Shown: positions 25,976 through 40,100 of the stretch, in pieces
How positions within the stretch are numbered: the stretch's first letter is position 1
How the letters are laid out: each line of letters opens with the position of its first letter
NCBI RefSeq assembly: GCF_009834535.1
Contig: NC_045696.1
Coordinates: 63,924,001 to 63,988,000, forward strand
Direction: 5' to 3'
DNA length: 64,000 nucleotides
Origin: Camelus ferus
Lineage: Eukaryota
Made by a program: the position numbers and the translations under genes
The notes under the pieces: generated by a model
The model's database searches: none
The model's input: the letters and a program-made list of their open reading frames with translations, nothing else
What the model was told of the DNA's origin: nothing

Positions 25976-27177
25976 CGGCCAGTTGTTCTCACTGCCTGTC
26001 TCTGCCTTACAAGCATTAGCTATAGCAGTAACATCAGAAATAGTGTTATTTTTCTCTAAGCATGAGATGTTTCCTTCTGTTTAAGTACTGCTATCTATAT
26101 TCCCATTGAACTTACAGTTTTAGATTACTTTTTAACCTATGTCCATCTGTTTCTAAAACACCATGAGACCCGCTTTTATTTTATTCTCCATAGTGAGAGA
26201 GGAAACTAATTTTATTTTACTCTCCATAAAAGGAGAACCAGCATATTGACAGTGGTTGGATTTCTTAGAAACCCACTGAACGAGGGCTCAGAATTAAAAT
26301 TCAGTTGATTTAAAGAAATGCAATACTAATCACACACCTGAGTTTACGATCTGAGATTCATACCTATTCTATTAAACTGTACATTCTATGCAGAATGAAA
26401 GAGCTTGAAGTACTTTCAACTTGCAGGATTTTTCCATTGATAAGACCTGGCTATTTTAAGAGCACTGGAAAAAAGTCACTGTGAGGTGCAGGCTTCCACA
26501 TGCTAAGTTGCAACTTAGAAATCTGTCTGACAAAGGCTTGGCCTTGGAAATTAATCCCACTGCATTAGCCAAAAAGACACGAAGAAGACTGCTCTCGTGC
26601 TTACCTTCCATTACCTCAGGACGCTGGGTTTAGGGCTTCCAGTGCTGCCAAGGAGCAGTGCAGACAGCAGGCCTTCCATGGTCTAGTCTACCCATGGGCA
26701 GTGCAGACTATGTGATTTCCTCTGGTCGTATCTATGAGCAGGGTGGACAATGTGACTTCCATGTTCTATTTTTATGAGTTCAGAGAAATATGTTAACTTT
26801 CTCAAGGTCACACGTTATTCAGATATGTGTGGTATATTTAGGGCTCAATTTCCAAACTATTGCCTGAAAGAGTAATGGAAGAGAAAAGTGAAAAGTGGTT
26901 CAGAGCAGATCACAGAGTATTTTGAAGATGTCAAGTTATATTTGGATATTTGTCTTTTGGCAAAAATTCTTATGTGTAACAGCTTTGTGGGGAAGCACCA
27001 TACTCCAAATGGTGCTCTATGGAGGTTACTTTACCGTGAGGGGTGAGGCGTAAGATTGGTTAAAGGTGGGAGACTAAAAGCAGAGAGCCTGGTAGGAAGA
27101 CATCGTAATTATCCAAAATGTGTTCTGACTTGGATTATGATTACAAGGTCAAAGATGGCAATGAAGCTTAAGTCTAA

Positions 27178-27770
27178 TATTGATTTTTTTTAATCGAAGT
27201 ATAGTCAATTTACAATGTGTCAGTCATTTCTGGCATACAGCATACTGTTTCAGTCATGCATATACATACATTTATTCGTTTTCATATTCTTTTTCATTAT
27301 AGGTTACTAAAAGATATTGAATATGGTTCCCTGTGCTATACACAAGAAACTTGTTGTTTATCTATTTTATATATAATAGTTATTATTCACAAATTTAGAA
27401 CTCCCAATTTATCCCTTCCCACTCCCTTTCCCCCCAGTAACCATAAGATTGTTTACTATGTCTGTGAATCTGTTTCTGTTTTGTAAGTAAGTTCACATCT
27501 TCTTTTTTATTTTTTTAGATTCCACATATGAGTGATATTATATGTTATTTTTATTTCTCTTTCTGGATTACTTCATTTAGAATAATAATCTCCAGGTCCA
27601 TCCATGTTGCTGCAAATTGCATTATTTTATTCTTTTTTATGGCTGAGTAGTATTCCATTGCACAAATATGCCACAGTTTCTTATCCAGTCCTCTACTGAT
27701 GGACATTTAGATTGTTTCTATGTCTTTGCTATTGTAAATAGTGCTGCTATGAACATTGGGGTGCATATAT
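27178..27770 (-). mobile_element. Artiodactyl/camelid L1 3' end, 5'-truncated
   Basis: Poly-T, then gaagtatagtcaatttacaatg...ccatgttgctgcaaat...gaacattggggtgcat; 19-bp TSD with 2 mismatches (27159-27177 and 27771-27789). Confidence 0.9.
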
Positions 27771-28356
27771 CAATAAAGCTTAAATCTAAATGGCTGGATT
27801 TTCCTTTTTTAATGTTAAGGCTGAAAGACATTTATATGCTTTTAAAATAAACTTCTTTGATGTTATGTTTCTTTTTCCTTTCCTCTTTTGAAGCATCCAT
27901 TCCATCATAGTTGCTAGCACATCCATACTTCCTTCCTTCCTTCCAGCAGTTTCTGTGCCAGTGATGGGGACACCACTGTCTCTGTGGGCCAGCTCTGCAG
28001 TGTGCCCTGATGACTGTTCTTCTCTGCATAGCCTCCAGGCCACCTTCTCCAGCCCTTGCAGAGATTCTGTAAGCTGCCCACTATTGCTTGATACAGTCCT
28101 TACCTGGCTCAGTTTTCCCAGAGTTAGTTTCTGTCACTTGCAAAAAGAACCATGACTACTTCAATTTTCTTATTTGATGCCGTAACTCAGATGCTGACTA
28201 GAACAACCTTGTCCTGATCATTTAGATAAGATTGATTCAAACTATTGTCCATGGACTGTAGAAAGTCTAACATTTTCTCCAAGAGCTCTATAAATTCCAT
28301 GGAAGACTCGGGTTCTAACAGACACATCTGACTCAGAACTTTAGTGTCCTCTAAAT

Positions 28357-28595
28357 CAGGATTTCTCAGCGTTGGGACTATTGACATTTCAGGCTGAACA
28401 ATTCTTTATTGTGGGTGGCTGTCTTGTACATTGTAGGAATTCCTGGCAGCATCCCCAGTCTCTGCCCACTCAGTGCCAATCTGAATGTCATAACTGCCCT
28501 GTCCCCAGGCATGACAATCAAAAGTTTCTTCAGACATTGCTAAATGTTCCCTGGGTGGGAGGGGGTGCAAAATCACTCCCTGTTGGGAATCACTA
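28357..28595 (+). mobile_element. MER20 hAT-Charlie DNA transposon
   Basis: cagg.tttctca start; attgacattt...tgtacattgtagga...cagacattgctaaatgt; degenerate 8-bp TSD ctctaaat/tcctaaat. Confidence 0.85.
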
Positions 28596-29129
28596 TCCTA
28601 AATTAATTCAGTGTAGGAATTGGCACTTGTTGTCTCTGTTCTCACCGAGTCTGTCCCAGCGTGGTACTCAGATATTTTCCTTAATTTCCACCCCCCCCCC
28701 AAAATTTTTAATGTAACAAAAGGTATCTAATACTGGTAGCAAAGTTGATGAAAGTTCTGGAGAAATGGAGACATTTTCATCATGAATATGCAACCAAACC
28801 AAATGTGTTAGATGCTCATGCTTTTAAAGTCTCTTGGTTGTTTCGGCAACTTGTGTTCTAGCTTCCAGCCACGTTACTTGCCCCTCCTCCACTTCTCTTA
28901 CTTTATCTCTATGTACTTCTCTATTGCTCTTCTTTGCCTCCAGAGTCTTGTCCATTTTCAGTTCCCAGTTGTTTAGTTATATCTTTTTATTTCTCTGTGC
29001 CATCTTATCCCCTTAGGGTCTCACCTTCTACTCCTAATTGGCTTATCAAGGTATTTTCCTAAATAGCCCCCTCCACCATAGAAATTCTGGAACTTGTGAA
29101 GATAATTTTCACTACAGCTCCTCGTAGAT

Positions 29130-29500
29130 AGCTACAATAGTATTAACCCCCTTTTACTGGGGTGTTCTAATTACCCATTGCAGTATAACAACTCCCTGAA
29201 ACTTGGTGTCCTAAAACAGCAACCATTTCATCATATGTCTCTCCAAATGGTATGCCACATGGTTGGCTCGGGCTCCTCACAGCAGAATGTGTATTCTCAG
29301 ACTAGTTCAGCTTTCACGTGGAGGCTCAGGACTCCTAGAGAAAGGGCTCTTCCAGAAGAAGTGGAAGCTGCCAGTCTTGTAAAGCCCGACCCTTCAGTGT
29401 CATGTCTGCCACGTTGGTCAAAGTGGTCCCAGAGCCTGTCGGATTCAGGTAAATGTGCATCCATCTTATGACCATAGTACTGCCTCTGGCCACAAATTTG
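29130..29500 (-). mobile_element. Old MaLR (MLT1-type) LTR remnant
   Basis: taacaactccctgaaacttggtgtcctaaaacagcaaccatt and tgtcatgtctgccacgttggtcaaagt motifs. Confidence 0.55.
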
Positions 29501-30271
29501 GACATTAACCTGTCATGCAAATCACCCTCTTTCCCTCCCAGGACCCCTGAATGTCTCATCTCATTATAGCGTCAGACACAGACTTGAGGTTCAGGTTTTT
29601 GATGGATGAGAAAACTAGGAAAAGAGCTAAGAAAGCTTGGTGCTCTGAACGCTGAGGAAAGAGAGGGCTTCAAGATGAAAGTGGGCAGTAGTGTCACGGA
29701 CCACAAAACAGAGACTGAGGGGAGGAGAGCTTTGGGTGCGGCCAACGGAAAGCCTGGGTCCCCTCCTCTCTCTCCTTTACTGTGGGTGATGATGCTAGGA
29801 GTCAGAGACTTGTTCATTGATTTTTTTTTAATATAATTTTCTTTTTTTGATGATATGAAATACGTTTCTTCTAGAAATTTAAGAAATAATGTGTGGAGGG
29901 AAGTGCATAGACAACCACTAAAACCTTTTGTTGAGTTGATTTCTCTATTCTTTTTATAAATATGAATGCTTCTGTGCATGTATGTATGTTTGTGTATGTG
30001 GACGTATATTCATTCCTTTTTTCTCCCATCCTTCCTCTGATTGTTCGATCACCAGCAAGACATTTCTAGGTGCCCTCAGTGTAAGGTTACCATAGGAAAG
30101 CAAAGAGAAAGAAATGAGACAATTACCAGCACTTAAGTTTTCAAAATAGACTTGAAATTTCCGGAAGATACTTTACTTAGAGAAAAAGGATTTCTAAGTC
30201 TTACAGTCTGACTTTTGCGTACACGAGCTAATTTTTATTTTATAAATAATAGACTTTGGAAGAATGAATAA

Positions 30272-31000
30272 TGTAGGATTCAGTTTTCCTGTCATGGATT
30301 TCAGGAATCACTTCATGGCTGAGGAAGGAAAGATGTGGGAGGTGTGATTGCTCAGGGTTGGTGTAGGTCCCAGAGACACTTCTATACCTTGTGGGATGAC
30401 AGACATCTCAGAGTGGTGGGGCTGGGACCTCAAGCAGAGAACTGGATCCTGGTTCCGGAGAAACCTGAGGGGGACAGAGAAGCCTTATGTGCTAACAGAC
30501 CACAGCAGTATTGGAGAAGAAATTGGCAAGAGCCTAGCAGGGTACCACACCCCACGTTGCCTTTGGTCCAGGAGGCCTGGGAAAATGCCCTAGAGTTTCA
30601 TTTGCTCCAAAGGTGTGGAGAGGGACTAAGAGAGGGCTGGGATACAACCCCTGGTGGAGCCACAGACATCTCAACAGAGTCAAGCCCAGTAAACACAAAT
30701 GACCGGATAAGCAGAGACCAGCGATGGCTCAACCTATGCCAGTGAAGGCCAGAGGCTGGTGAACGACCAGCCTTTCTACCCTCTGTGTGACACCAACATC
30801 CGTGGAACATAGATGCTAATCTAATGGAAGAAAGAGGGAAGGGGAAAATCCTTAATTAATTGTTTAAACATAAAGTGCCTGGAAATACTCTGGGGTGACT
30901 TAGCTAGATTCATTTCCTGCGATCAGTACAAATGAGGGAATAAAACAAAAATCAAGTGGAGATATGAAAAAAAAAGTTACATTTTCTGCACACTGTGACC
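30272..31000 (+). mobile_element. Ancient LTR-like remnant, family not assigned
   Basis: TGTAGG start and a U5-like aaagttacattttctgcacac end; pattern recognition only. Confidence 0.35.
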
Positions 31001-31622
31001 TAAGAAATATGTATGATGTTCATGTGTTTATGTGTATATGGTCCTCTATGTTATTCCCTAAAGTTTTGATCATATTGTTTATAGAGTTTTACTAAACATT
31101 CTATCATGAACAGTTTAATCACATCATTAAGTATTCTTAGGCATGTCTCTGTTGACTGCATAATAAATCCATTATATGGGTATGGTTTTCTTTCCTTCCT
31201 TCCACAATCCCCTGACTGTTCAAAACTTAGTTTCTAATTTTTTACTGTTGTATGTAACATATCTTTTAACAGATTAAATCTTTTCCTCTAACTTGCATTA
31301 TGTTCTGGGGGACAATCTACAAAAGTGAAATTACTGGGTGAAGGTATTTAAATATTTTTAACTCTTTCTGTTTACATTGTCCGCCAGCCTTCCTGTCTGG
31401 CTGTGCCCTTTTACATTCCCGTCAGCTGGTGCCTTCATCTGGCTGTGCCTTTCTTCAGAGACCATTCAGAAGGGTCAAGTTCTATGTATATGAACAAAGT
31501 GGGATTCAGTCCAGTAGATCAAAGCTCTGAGTGTATCTTGACTCTTGTCTAGCCTTTGAAACTTCAAAATTGTCTGGAGCATGAAGGCTGTCCTTTGACA
31601 CAACATGTAGATTAAATATTAA

Positions 31623-31637
31623 GCCACTAGAGGGCAG
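31623..31637 (+). promoter_or_regulatory. Candidate CTCF site
   Basis: GCCACTAGAGGGCAG, matches the core consensus CCASYAGRKGGCRS. Confidence 0.6.
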
Positions 31638-31862
31638 AGTTATCCCACTAAACCAAGGCGGGGGGGGGGTGGGTTGTTTTTGTTTTTTGAAAACCCCAGC
31701 CAGTTTATACCGTCAATTTAGATCTAAATCCTGACATTGCCATCAAAGTGGCTCCAATTATTTTCACAAGGTGATAGAGGCTGGGATGCTATATATTTAA
31801 AATAAGCTGTTCTACTTTCTCTAAAAAACACACTGTATTCACATTACTTCCTCTTAAGAATG

Positions 31863-32930
31863 AACTTTTAATTTTAGAATAGTTTTAGATTTGCAGGAAA
31901 ATTGTAAAAATAATATAGAGACTTCCCATATATTCCAAACCCAGTTTCTCCTATTGTTAACATCTGGCATTATATGGGACGTTTATCACAGTTAATGAAC
32001 CAATATCGACACGTTATTAGCAAATAAAGTCTATAATTTATTCAAGTTTTCTTAGTTTTAAACAAATGTTCTTTATTTGTCCCACGATATCCCATTACAC
32101 TGGGTTGTCTGTCTTCTTAGGCTCCTCTTGGATGTGACAGTTTCTTGAACTGTTTTTGTTTTGATGACCTAGGGAGTTTTGAGGAGTACAGGGCGGGTAT
32201 TTTGTACATCATCCCTCAATGGGGATCTGTCTAATGTGTTTTCTCTTAATAGATGGGTTTATGAGTTTAAGGGGAGAGTATTACACAGGTAAAGTGCAGT
32301 TCTCATCGCATCTTATTAAGGGTACAAACGGTAGGCATGATTGGTGACTGTTGATATTGAGCTTGATCACCTCGCTGAGCTAGTGTTTGTCAGGGTTCTC
32401 TACCACAAAGTTGCTCTTTTGACCCCTTCCCATGCTGTGCTCTTTGGAAGGAAGTTGCTGTGAGCAGCCCACATGTAAGGAGTGGGGAGCCATGGAATCC
32501 TCCTTGAAGGGGCAGTATCTACACACATTATTTGGATTCTTCTGCTTAGCAGATTTGCCTCTTCTCCGCTATTTATTTATTTACCCTATCCTTTATTTAT
32601 ATCAGTGTGGACTCGTGGATCATTATTTTATACTTTGGGTTATAATCCAAAAGTCCGATTTAAAAATTCTGTTGCTCAGACTGTTTTGGCTGTTGGGATC
32701 TTCCAGTTGCTCTAGTGCCCTTTTGATACATCCCCATCATTGTTCTTTTTGTCTTCGTTTTGTTTGTTTTTGAGCACTGCTTGACTTTCTGGCCCTAAAA
32801 GAGGCTTCAAGCTCATCATGTGTATTTGCTGCCCTAGTCCTGGCATCAGCCATTTATTGCAAGGAGCCCTGGTCCCTTTTATTGGAGAATGGTCTTAGAA
32901 AGGAAGATCAGGGTGCTAGGGTTATGCTCA
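31863..32930 (-). mobile_element. Old L1 (L1MC/L1MD-type) 3' UTR
   Basis: ttttagaatagttttagatttgcaggaaaattg...cccagtttctcctattgttaacatc...ggagaatggtcttagaaa. Confidence 0.85.
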
Positions 32931-35900
32931 CTTAGGTACATATTTTGCCTAATTTTATGCTTCCAAACTGCCCTGTAAAGTTATTAGTCCTACTTTATGG
33001 ATAAGCAATCTTTGCAACCATGCAAATCTCCCCTAGCTAATTGTAGAGCCTGTCCTCACGTCCAGATTCAAGGTGACTACAAATCCATGTTCCTTTCAAT
33101 ATGCCCAGAAATAATGGCTCAGGTGGAAGAGGAGAGTACATTACTCCCTGCAACTGGGTGAAAGATGCTTACTTTTACTTTTGTTTTCCTCCAGAGAAAG
33201 AATGGAGTGACTTGCTTGCTGAAGCTCTCTGGCAGTCAGAGGAAATGGGTGGTGCTTCGGGTGCCCCCAGTTTACTGAGGGCGCCACCATGGACCCGGGA
33301 CCTTGGGTGGGCTATCCTGATCTGGCTCACGAGATCAGAAGAAGGGGAGTGTCTCTGGAGGAACCAGGGCAAGCTTCAAACAGGACCAGAGCCAATGGGA
33401 TTCAGAAAGGCAGGAGCTGGCGAGGAGGAAAGAAAGAACATCAATGAGATGAAAACTCCTAGAAGAAGGAAGCGTTCTGGTGGAAAAGAGAAGGCCTAAT
33501 GCATAGTAACTGAGTTTTCATTCCTCAGGGCAATTCAGGAGGATTTGGTGGCTCCTTAGTGAGGATAACTTTCCTGACACAAGTGAGGCACACGGGGTCT
33601 TTATTTGGATTTTTTCTATGTAATTGGAATAAACTTGCATTACATTTCCAACTCCTTATCTTTGGGAATAAATAATATTAAATTCTAGCATATAGATTGA
33701 CATTGTAAAGCTCCCAATGGGGCAAGAGACTTGGGCTCTAGTAGAGGTTAAGTAGAACTTGAAGAAATTATGCTGTAGCAAAACACGTTTTTAATAACAT
33801 TTACTTTTTCTGATTATGGCATTAAAGCATGTTTATTGTGGCAAACTAGATAATAGAGACAAGCAAATAAAGAACTCTCTCATGTACAGATACTCACTCT
33901 CAGATATTTCTTCTTTATTTTTTTTTTTGTCTCTGCATCCATCTATAATATCAGGCTCATGTTGCATATAAAAATTTACATCTTGTTTTTCACTTAATTT
34001 CCTTTTTCATCTTATCAAATATTCCTGAAAATTTGATATCTAGTGGATGCATATTATTACATCGTATTGGATATGTTCAGTTTATCATAGTATGCTGTGA
34101 TTAAATTTTTGTATATGTACATTTTGAATATAGCCAAGACTACTCCCTTAGGAACAATTTCTAGAAGTGGAATAAAGTGGTGATAATAAAAGCATCTGCC
34201 TCATAGAGTTGATGACAGGAAAGTGAGATCAGAGGAGTTAAACCACTCACAACGGTGTTTGGTAGATGGCAAGCATTCAATGAATGTTAGGTATGATTGC
34301 TGAAAATCCATTCTACCTGATAAAAATTCACAAGCAGTCTTCTAGAAAACTCCTTTTCATTCTTAACATAAGCTGTCATCAAATATTTGAGTAGTAATTG
34401 AAAATATCATGAACCACAATGTTAAGCTTTTGTGAATGACATCTGGGGCAAGAGGGGTTGAAGAAATTAGCAATAGGCTAAATTTGTAGGGTTAAAGGGG
34501 CAAGAAATGTTATGGAAAGGAATGGTGAGACAAATGTCACCATTGCATCTGATGGAAGAGTGACCAGGGCTTACGCTGGGATAGTGCGTGTAACATTGTG
34601 GGACTAGAGGTAAAAACAGGAAAGGCTTTTGTGACTTAACGTCTTCCTGGGGCTGGGAGTCCCCAGAAGATCAGGTTTGGGGCTATGCACCCAGGAGTTA
34701 CAGGTTATTGGGGAGAGAATACAGGCTAAGTGGGGTCACCAGTGCTTTGGGAGGGAGTCAGGCCAGCTGCTGTTCCGATACATGGAATGTTCAGTTGTGG
34801 AGAAGGTATAAGCTGGAGACCATTTGCTCTATCATAAGGGTTAAAAAATTAAAGCAAAGTCTGAAGATCCAAAATTAAGCAATCTTTGCAACCTGAGATA
34901 TTACATTTCGATAAATGAAGCAGGAATTTAGGAGAGTTGCAAAACGAGTAGGTTAAGAGAACGATGATGGGTGTGTTGCCTCCATGGTCGAAAACTCACG
35001 TGTGTTTCCTGGAGGGGAGGGGAGCACTCTGACTTGATCCTTTCGGCAACCACATAGGTTTGTGAGTGGAGGACTCAGGCACTCCGTTCTGTGCTGCTTT
35101 TACCTCTGCTACCCCCCATGGTGCTCACTCACACAGTCTCGTGCCTTGCCCTTCACGGAGCACTTAACTCTCGTCTGAGCAGTGCTAAGTGCTTGACAAG
35201 ATCTCAAGGAAGGGACAAATAGCAGTTTCGTCTAACAGGTGAGGAAAGTGAGGCTCAGAGCAGTGAAGTGACTTGTTCAAGATCAGAGTGGGAGAACAAG
35301 ACACAGGACGGGAATGTGTTTCCCACCTCCTATTCCAAATACCTGACCACTTAATGCAATTTAGTATGTGGGCTCCTGGCTGCCAGATGCCAGCAGAGTG
35401 CTGACGGAGAAGGTGTCCTGTGCAGGGGCACTGGGAGCAGGGAGGAGAGGAAGGCTAGACACCTCATGTACATAATGGAACTTCTGGATTGGAATCAGAC
35501 CAGCTAATCTCTAAAGTTCCCTCCCAATGCCAAGACTATCTGACTCTAAATTCCTCTCATTTAAAAGGCTGAGGCTGCCCACGTTAGACAGTGAGGCTGA
35601 CAAAGGTTAGCTGGGATTCTCTGTCTTTCCAGTGCCCTCTGATGGCCTTTCAAATGTCCCTGGAAACCCAGGGTTCTAAAACCACCCTCATAGGCCTGGC
35701 ACCCTTGTATTAAACTACCCCTACCAATGCTAAGAATTTCACAGAAGTCAGAACATTCAATAATAACAGCAAATGTTTGCCACATTGACTCTGTGCTCAG
35801 TGCTTTATATGAATTATCTCAGCTAGCTTCTTATCAACCACAGGATATTTACTAGAGGTTAAGGGGTTTGTTTTGGATCACACTGGTGGTAAGGGCTTCA

Positions 35901-36560
35901 GTAGTAATGGAGCCCAAGCCACCAGACATAAAGGCTCCTATGCTTCCCTACTTTACTGAGGTGTGATTGGATTACAATAAACTGAGCATATTTACAGTGT
36001 AAAATCCGTCAAGGGTGTACCCACGAAAGCATCATCACAATCAAGAGGACTGAAGCCCTTACTCTTAACCACTAGGCAGCAGCTTCCCCCGCTAATCCTA
36101 GCTCTTCCCTTGGTTTCGCTAGATCAGTGTCAATCTCGTCCTACATGACAAGCAGTCAGATGCTTGAAGATGACCAACCTGCGCTTCCTAAATCTCCTAT
36201 TCCTTAAGACAAGCACCTTCGTGAGTTCCTGCAAATGCATTTCTCAGAACATAGCTGAGTTTCACTTATCAGCTTGCTAATCCTCCCACACAGATTTCGC
36301 GCAGGTAATTGGATATTTGGATGATTCTTCAATCTGCCAAAAGTCCTGCAGCTTTTGCCTTAAAGTACACAGGCTGGGACCAAGCCTGCAGGTGGCAGCC
36401 AGCGGTGCCCTCAGCAAGGCCCATGTTGGCAGGCTCAGTGGCCAGGGTTGGAATGTCTCGGGCTTAGCCTGGCCTGCTTTGAACCCTCTCGTCCTAATAG
36501 GCTGACATTCTTCAACCAAACAATTTGTGCATGTGTTTATTTTAGAAATATTAATAAAAC

Positions 36561-36800
36561 ATTTTATTATATTATTTATTTATTTTCATTGAAGTATATA
36601 TAGTTGATTTATAATATTATATTAGTTTCGTATGTAAAGCATAGTGGTTTAATATTTTTATAGATTATACTCCGATTAAAGTTATTACAAATTAATGCCT
36701 ATATTTTCCTGTACTGTACACTATATCCTTGTTGTTTATCTATTTTATACATAGTAGTTTGTATCTCTTAATCCAATACCACTGTCTTGCTCGTCCTCCC
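36561..36800 (-). mobile_element. Artiodactyl L1 3' end fragment
   Basis: T-rich tail followed by attgaagtata...tatccttgttgtttatctattttatacatagtagtttgtatc. Confidence 0.8.
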
Positions 36801-37019
36801 TAAAATAAAATGATTTAATTGTCTGTTTTCTCATTTTATGCACGTATATGGAATAAATATATAAATATTTTCAATATGTATTATATTTTATATTTATATA
36901 TATACTATTCCATAAAAAATATTTTTTTAGGAAAAAAAAAATTCCCAAGTACAGTTATCTTCAACTGCCACTAATTTTTCCTTTAAAAATATAATTGGCC
37001 TAACATTAGACTGGGCATG

Positions 37020-37180
37020 AGCACATTATCTTATTTATCCTTACAACCATCCCATTGAATAGAATAGTATTATTCCATTTCACAGATGAAAAGCTGAAGC
37101 TTAAGATAATTAAGTAACTTGCCAAATTTTCCATTGTTATTAAATGGTGGAGTCATAATGTAAGTTGTTTGATTCCATGG
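37020..37180 (-). mobile_element. MIR SINE
   Basis: ccatttcacagatgaaaagctgaagcttaaga...aagtaacttgcc. Confidence 0.7.
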
Positions 37181-40100
37181 CTGGACCTAATTTCAGGGCA
37201 TCAAAGATTTGGGAGGTGAGTGGCAGAGGGAAATAGGAAAACAGTGGCTAAAACCCCAAGTCCAAGGATTCCTTTGATTAAATCCCTTCTTACACATCAC
37301 ATCACACACACATGTATTTTCTGCTTTTACAAAAACAGGATTATGTTCCACATAGTGCTCTGCAACTTAACTTGGCAGTTTATGTATCATGGGTGGCTTG
37401 CTATGATAATACATCTACCTTATTTAAACAATTTTTCTTTTTTGAACATAACCCATACTTGCCAAAAATGTAGATTCTGTGTTCCCACTTCCAGGGATCC
37501 TGATTTGGTAGGGCTGGGCTGGGAGGCCACAAAAAGTTTGGAAGAGCTCCTGGGGGCAGGACAGGGACCACTGGTAAAGAACTTCTGCTCCTCTAAGCAC
37601 CTCCTGCAGGGAGAATGGAGTATAAACAAATGGAGCAACAAGAGAGCAGGCAACCAGCCAGCGATAGGGGTCCTGGTGCCAGAGAAGGACTGAGAGGAAA
37701 GGGGAGAAGGTGGCTCAGTCCCCGGTGTAGGGAGAGGTATTGGGACATTTCTGTGGCAGACATGGAAAGAATGCAGGTCTTTCTCAGGGACTTGCACAGG
37801 AGGGCAGTGGCAAGATGGTGACAGCCCCCAAACGCCTCTATAAGAACAGAGGTCGGGCTGGAGGCTGAGGAACTTATTTTAAAGTTGCATATGCATGGCA
37901 GACTCAGTTTTTCCTTAGACTGTTAATTTGAGGTGCTTCTGTAGGGTTTTCGGAGGGTTTGGGAGAGCTAAAGATCTCAGCAAGCCTCCAGTGACACCAG
38001 GTTAACGGGAGGAAGGTCTGAGTACTGGGAGTGCATCAGGTCCACTCTTTTATTTTTAAATCAGGAAATAACATTTCCTATCACCCATTTGCTTAGGGCA
38101 TTGGGAGACGTGCTAAACATGAACAAATAAAAGCTCCAAACTTAGTCGTTCATTTCAGCCTCTTCTCCCTCCCAAATATCATTGATCAAGCCACTCAAGA
38201 GTCTCCTCCTCTGTGCAGTGTCTTACTTGCTGATGAGTGATGACAGCGATAACTAGCATCAAGTCATCCTCAAGAGGACATTTGGAAGGATGATAAACAG
38301 GAAAATCAGCAGCCAGTCCCAGCTTTGCCTCTCTCTCTCCATCTCCAGCTGGGACCTGTTCTTGATTCTCGCCAGGAGGCTCAGCCATTGTGGGGTCATC
38401 CCAGCCCCACAGAGGGGGTACTGAACCCAGCCAGGCCTCACTCTCCAGTGCTCACACTCCCCACCAGTCTGAGCGGGGACATTGCCCTGATTCTGCTAAT
38501 TCGCCTTCTGCCTTATTCCCAAGTGTCAGGTCCCCCGTGGGTACTAGTGTTCCCAGTTCTTGCCTGGCAGCCTGCACTTGTGCCCCAGAACCTTCCTAGG
38601 AGTAAGGACTGGGCTTTCTCTTGCCAGGCTCCTACCTGGACCTGGAACACTGCCCTAGGCCCAAAGCCCCTGGCTGGGCCTAGCCATTGGAGGATAGACT
38701 CCCGGAGCCATCTTCCTGTTTGGATTTCCAAGTATCACCTGCACTGTGTTCCTCATGGCTGGACTTAGCTGTTCATTGGAAATGTTTCCACTTCTGTCTT
38801 ATGACCTCCCTTCCCTTGGCCAACTGCCCTCCTTAGCTGTAAGCAAAGATTGCCAAAACTTCAATTGCCTGCTGGATTGAACCTTCTTTGTCAGCATCTG
38901 CGATTTCATCAGTTCCCCAAGTGCAGGTATTTACTACACTGGGTGTGTCCACATCCTTTCTACCCTGCCTCAATAATTGGATACACTCTGCAATTCTGTG
39001 ATATGGCCATGGCTTTACACAATTAGTATGTTCTGCAAACGTCCTATCTAAATAGAACTTTCCAAATGAAATCCTCTTTTAAGTATGCTAGAGAAACTGT
39101 TTTAAAGAACCCTATTCTGATTCCTTAACAAAAAGTGGGTAACAAGGTGGTACTGTGTGAAGTACATGACGTAAGTCTTGAATCATTTATTCGAGTCCCA
39201 CCTCTTATAGATGGTGACCTTGGAAATCATTATACAGTGTTTCTGAAACTTTTTCTTCACCTGAGAAACAATGAGGGTAATTTAGTCATTTCTAAGACCC
39301 AGTCTAGTTGTAACAGTCTGTGATTCTTAATAGTTACACCTTAATATGCACTGTTTTGATATTCAAAATGTCAGGTTAAAAGTTCTCAAAATTAAGCACA
39401 CTGGCATGAAGTTTCTGCCTGGGGACTCTTCTCTTTTGGCTTTTGTTTTTATAGACTGTCATTAATGACCTGGGATTGTCATAAGAATTGCCAACTTAGA
39501 TACGCTTCACAGAAGGGAAGCTACCTTACCTCCAGAGAGGAGCTTGTTATGTTTTATTTTTGAAAATAACAGAAAGCAAGGGGGGCTCTTCTGAACATGG
39601 ACCAACGCGCCACCCCAAGTCACCTCAGAGAAGGTCAGGATCCAGTGCCAAGCAGGGACAGTTGAGAGCAATGCTTCCGACAAGTAGAGCCAGCATTAAT
39701 CTGCTCTTTCCTTCTGTAATTAATGGGGAGGCCCTGTATCGCTATATTAGACCCTTTCATCTAAGGGTTGCTAAATGTTTTACAAATGTTAATTAATCCA
39801 ATTAAACTTCACATCACCACCTTGAGGTAGTTAATTCTTCTTTGGGACATTACATCTTTGCTTGCTCCAGTGTACTCCACAGTTCATGCCTTAGTGCAGA
39901 TTAGGATAATTAATAATGACACCTTTGAACTTAGATACAGTTCTGGACGTAAAGATCTCAAGCCCTTTACAAATAATCAGATTTGAGTAACAAGGACAGA
40001 AGGGGAAGCTTGAGGCAGAGCACTGTCAATGATGACAAGGCAGAAACACCTCGCCCTTTCAGATTCCACTCCATGCTGAACACACATGACCTTGAAGAGT

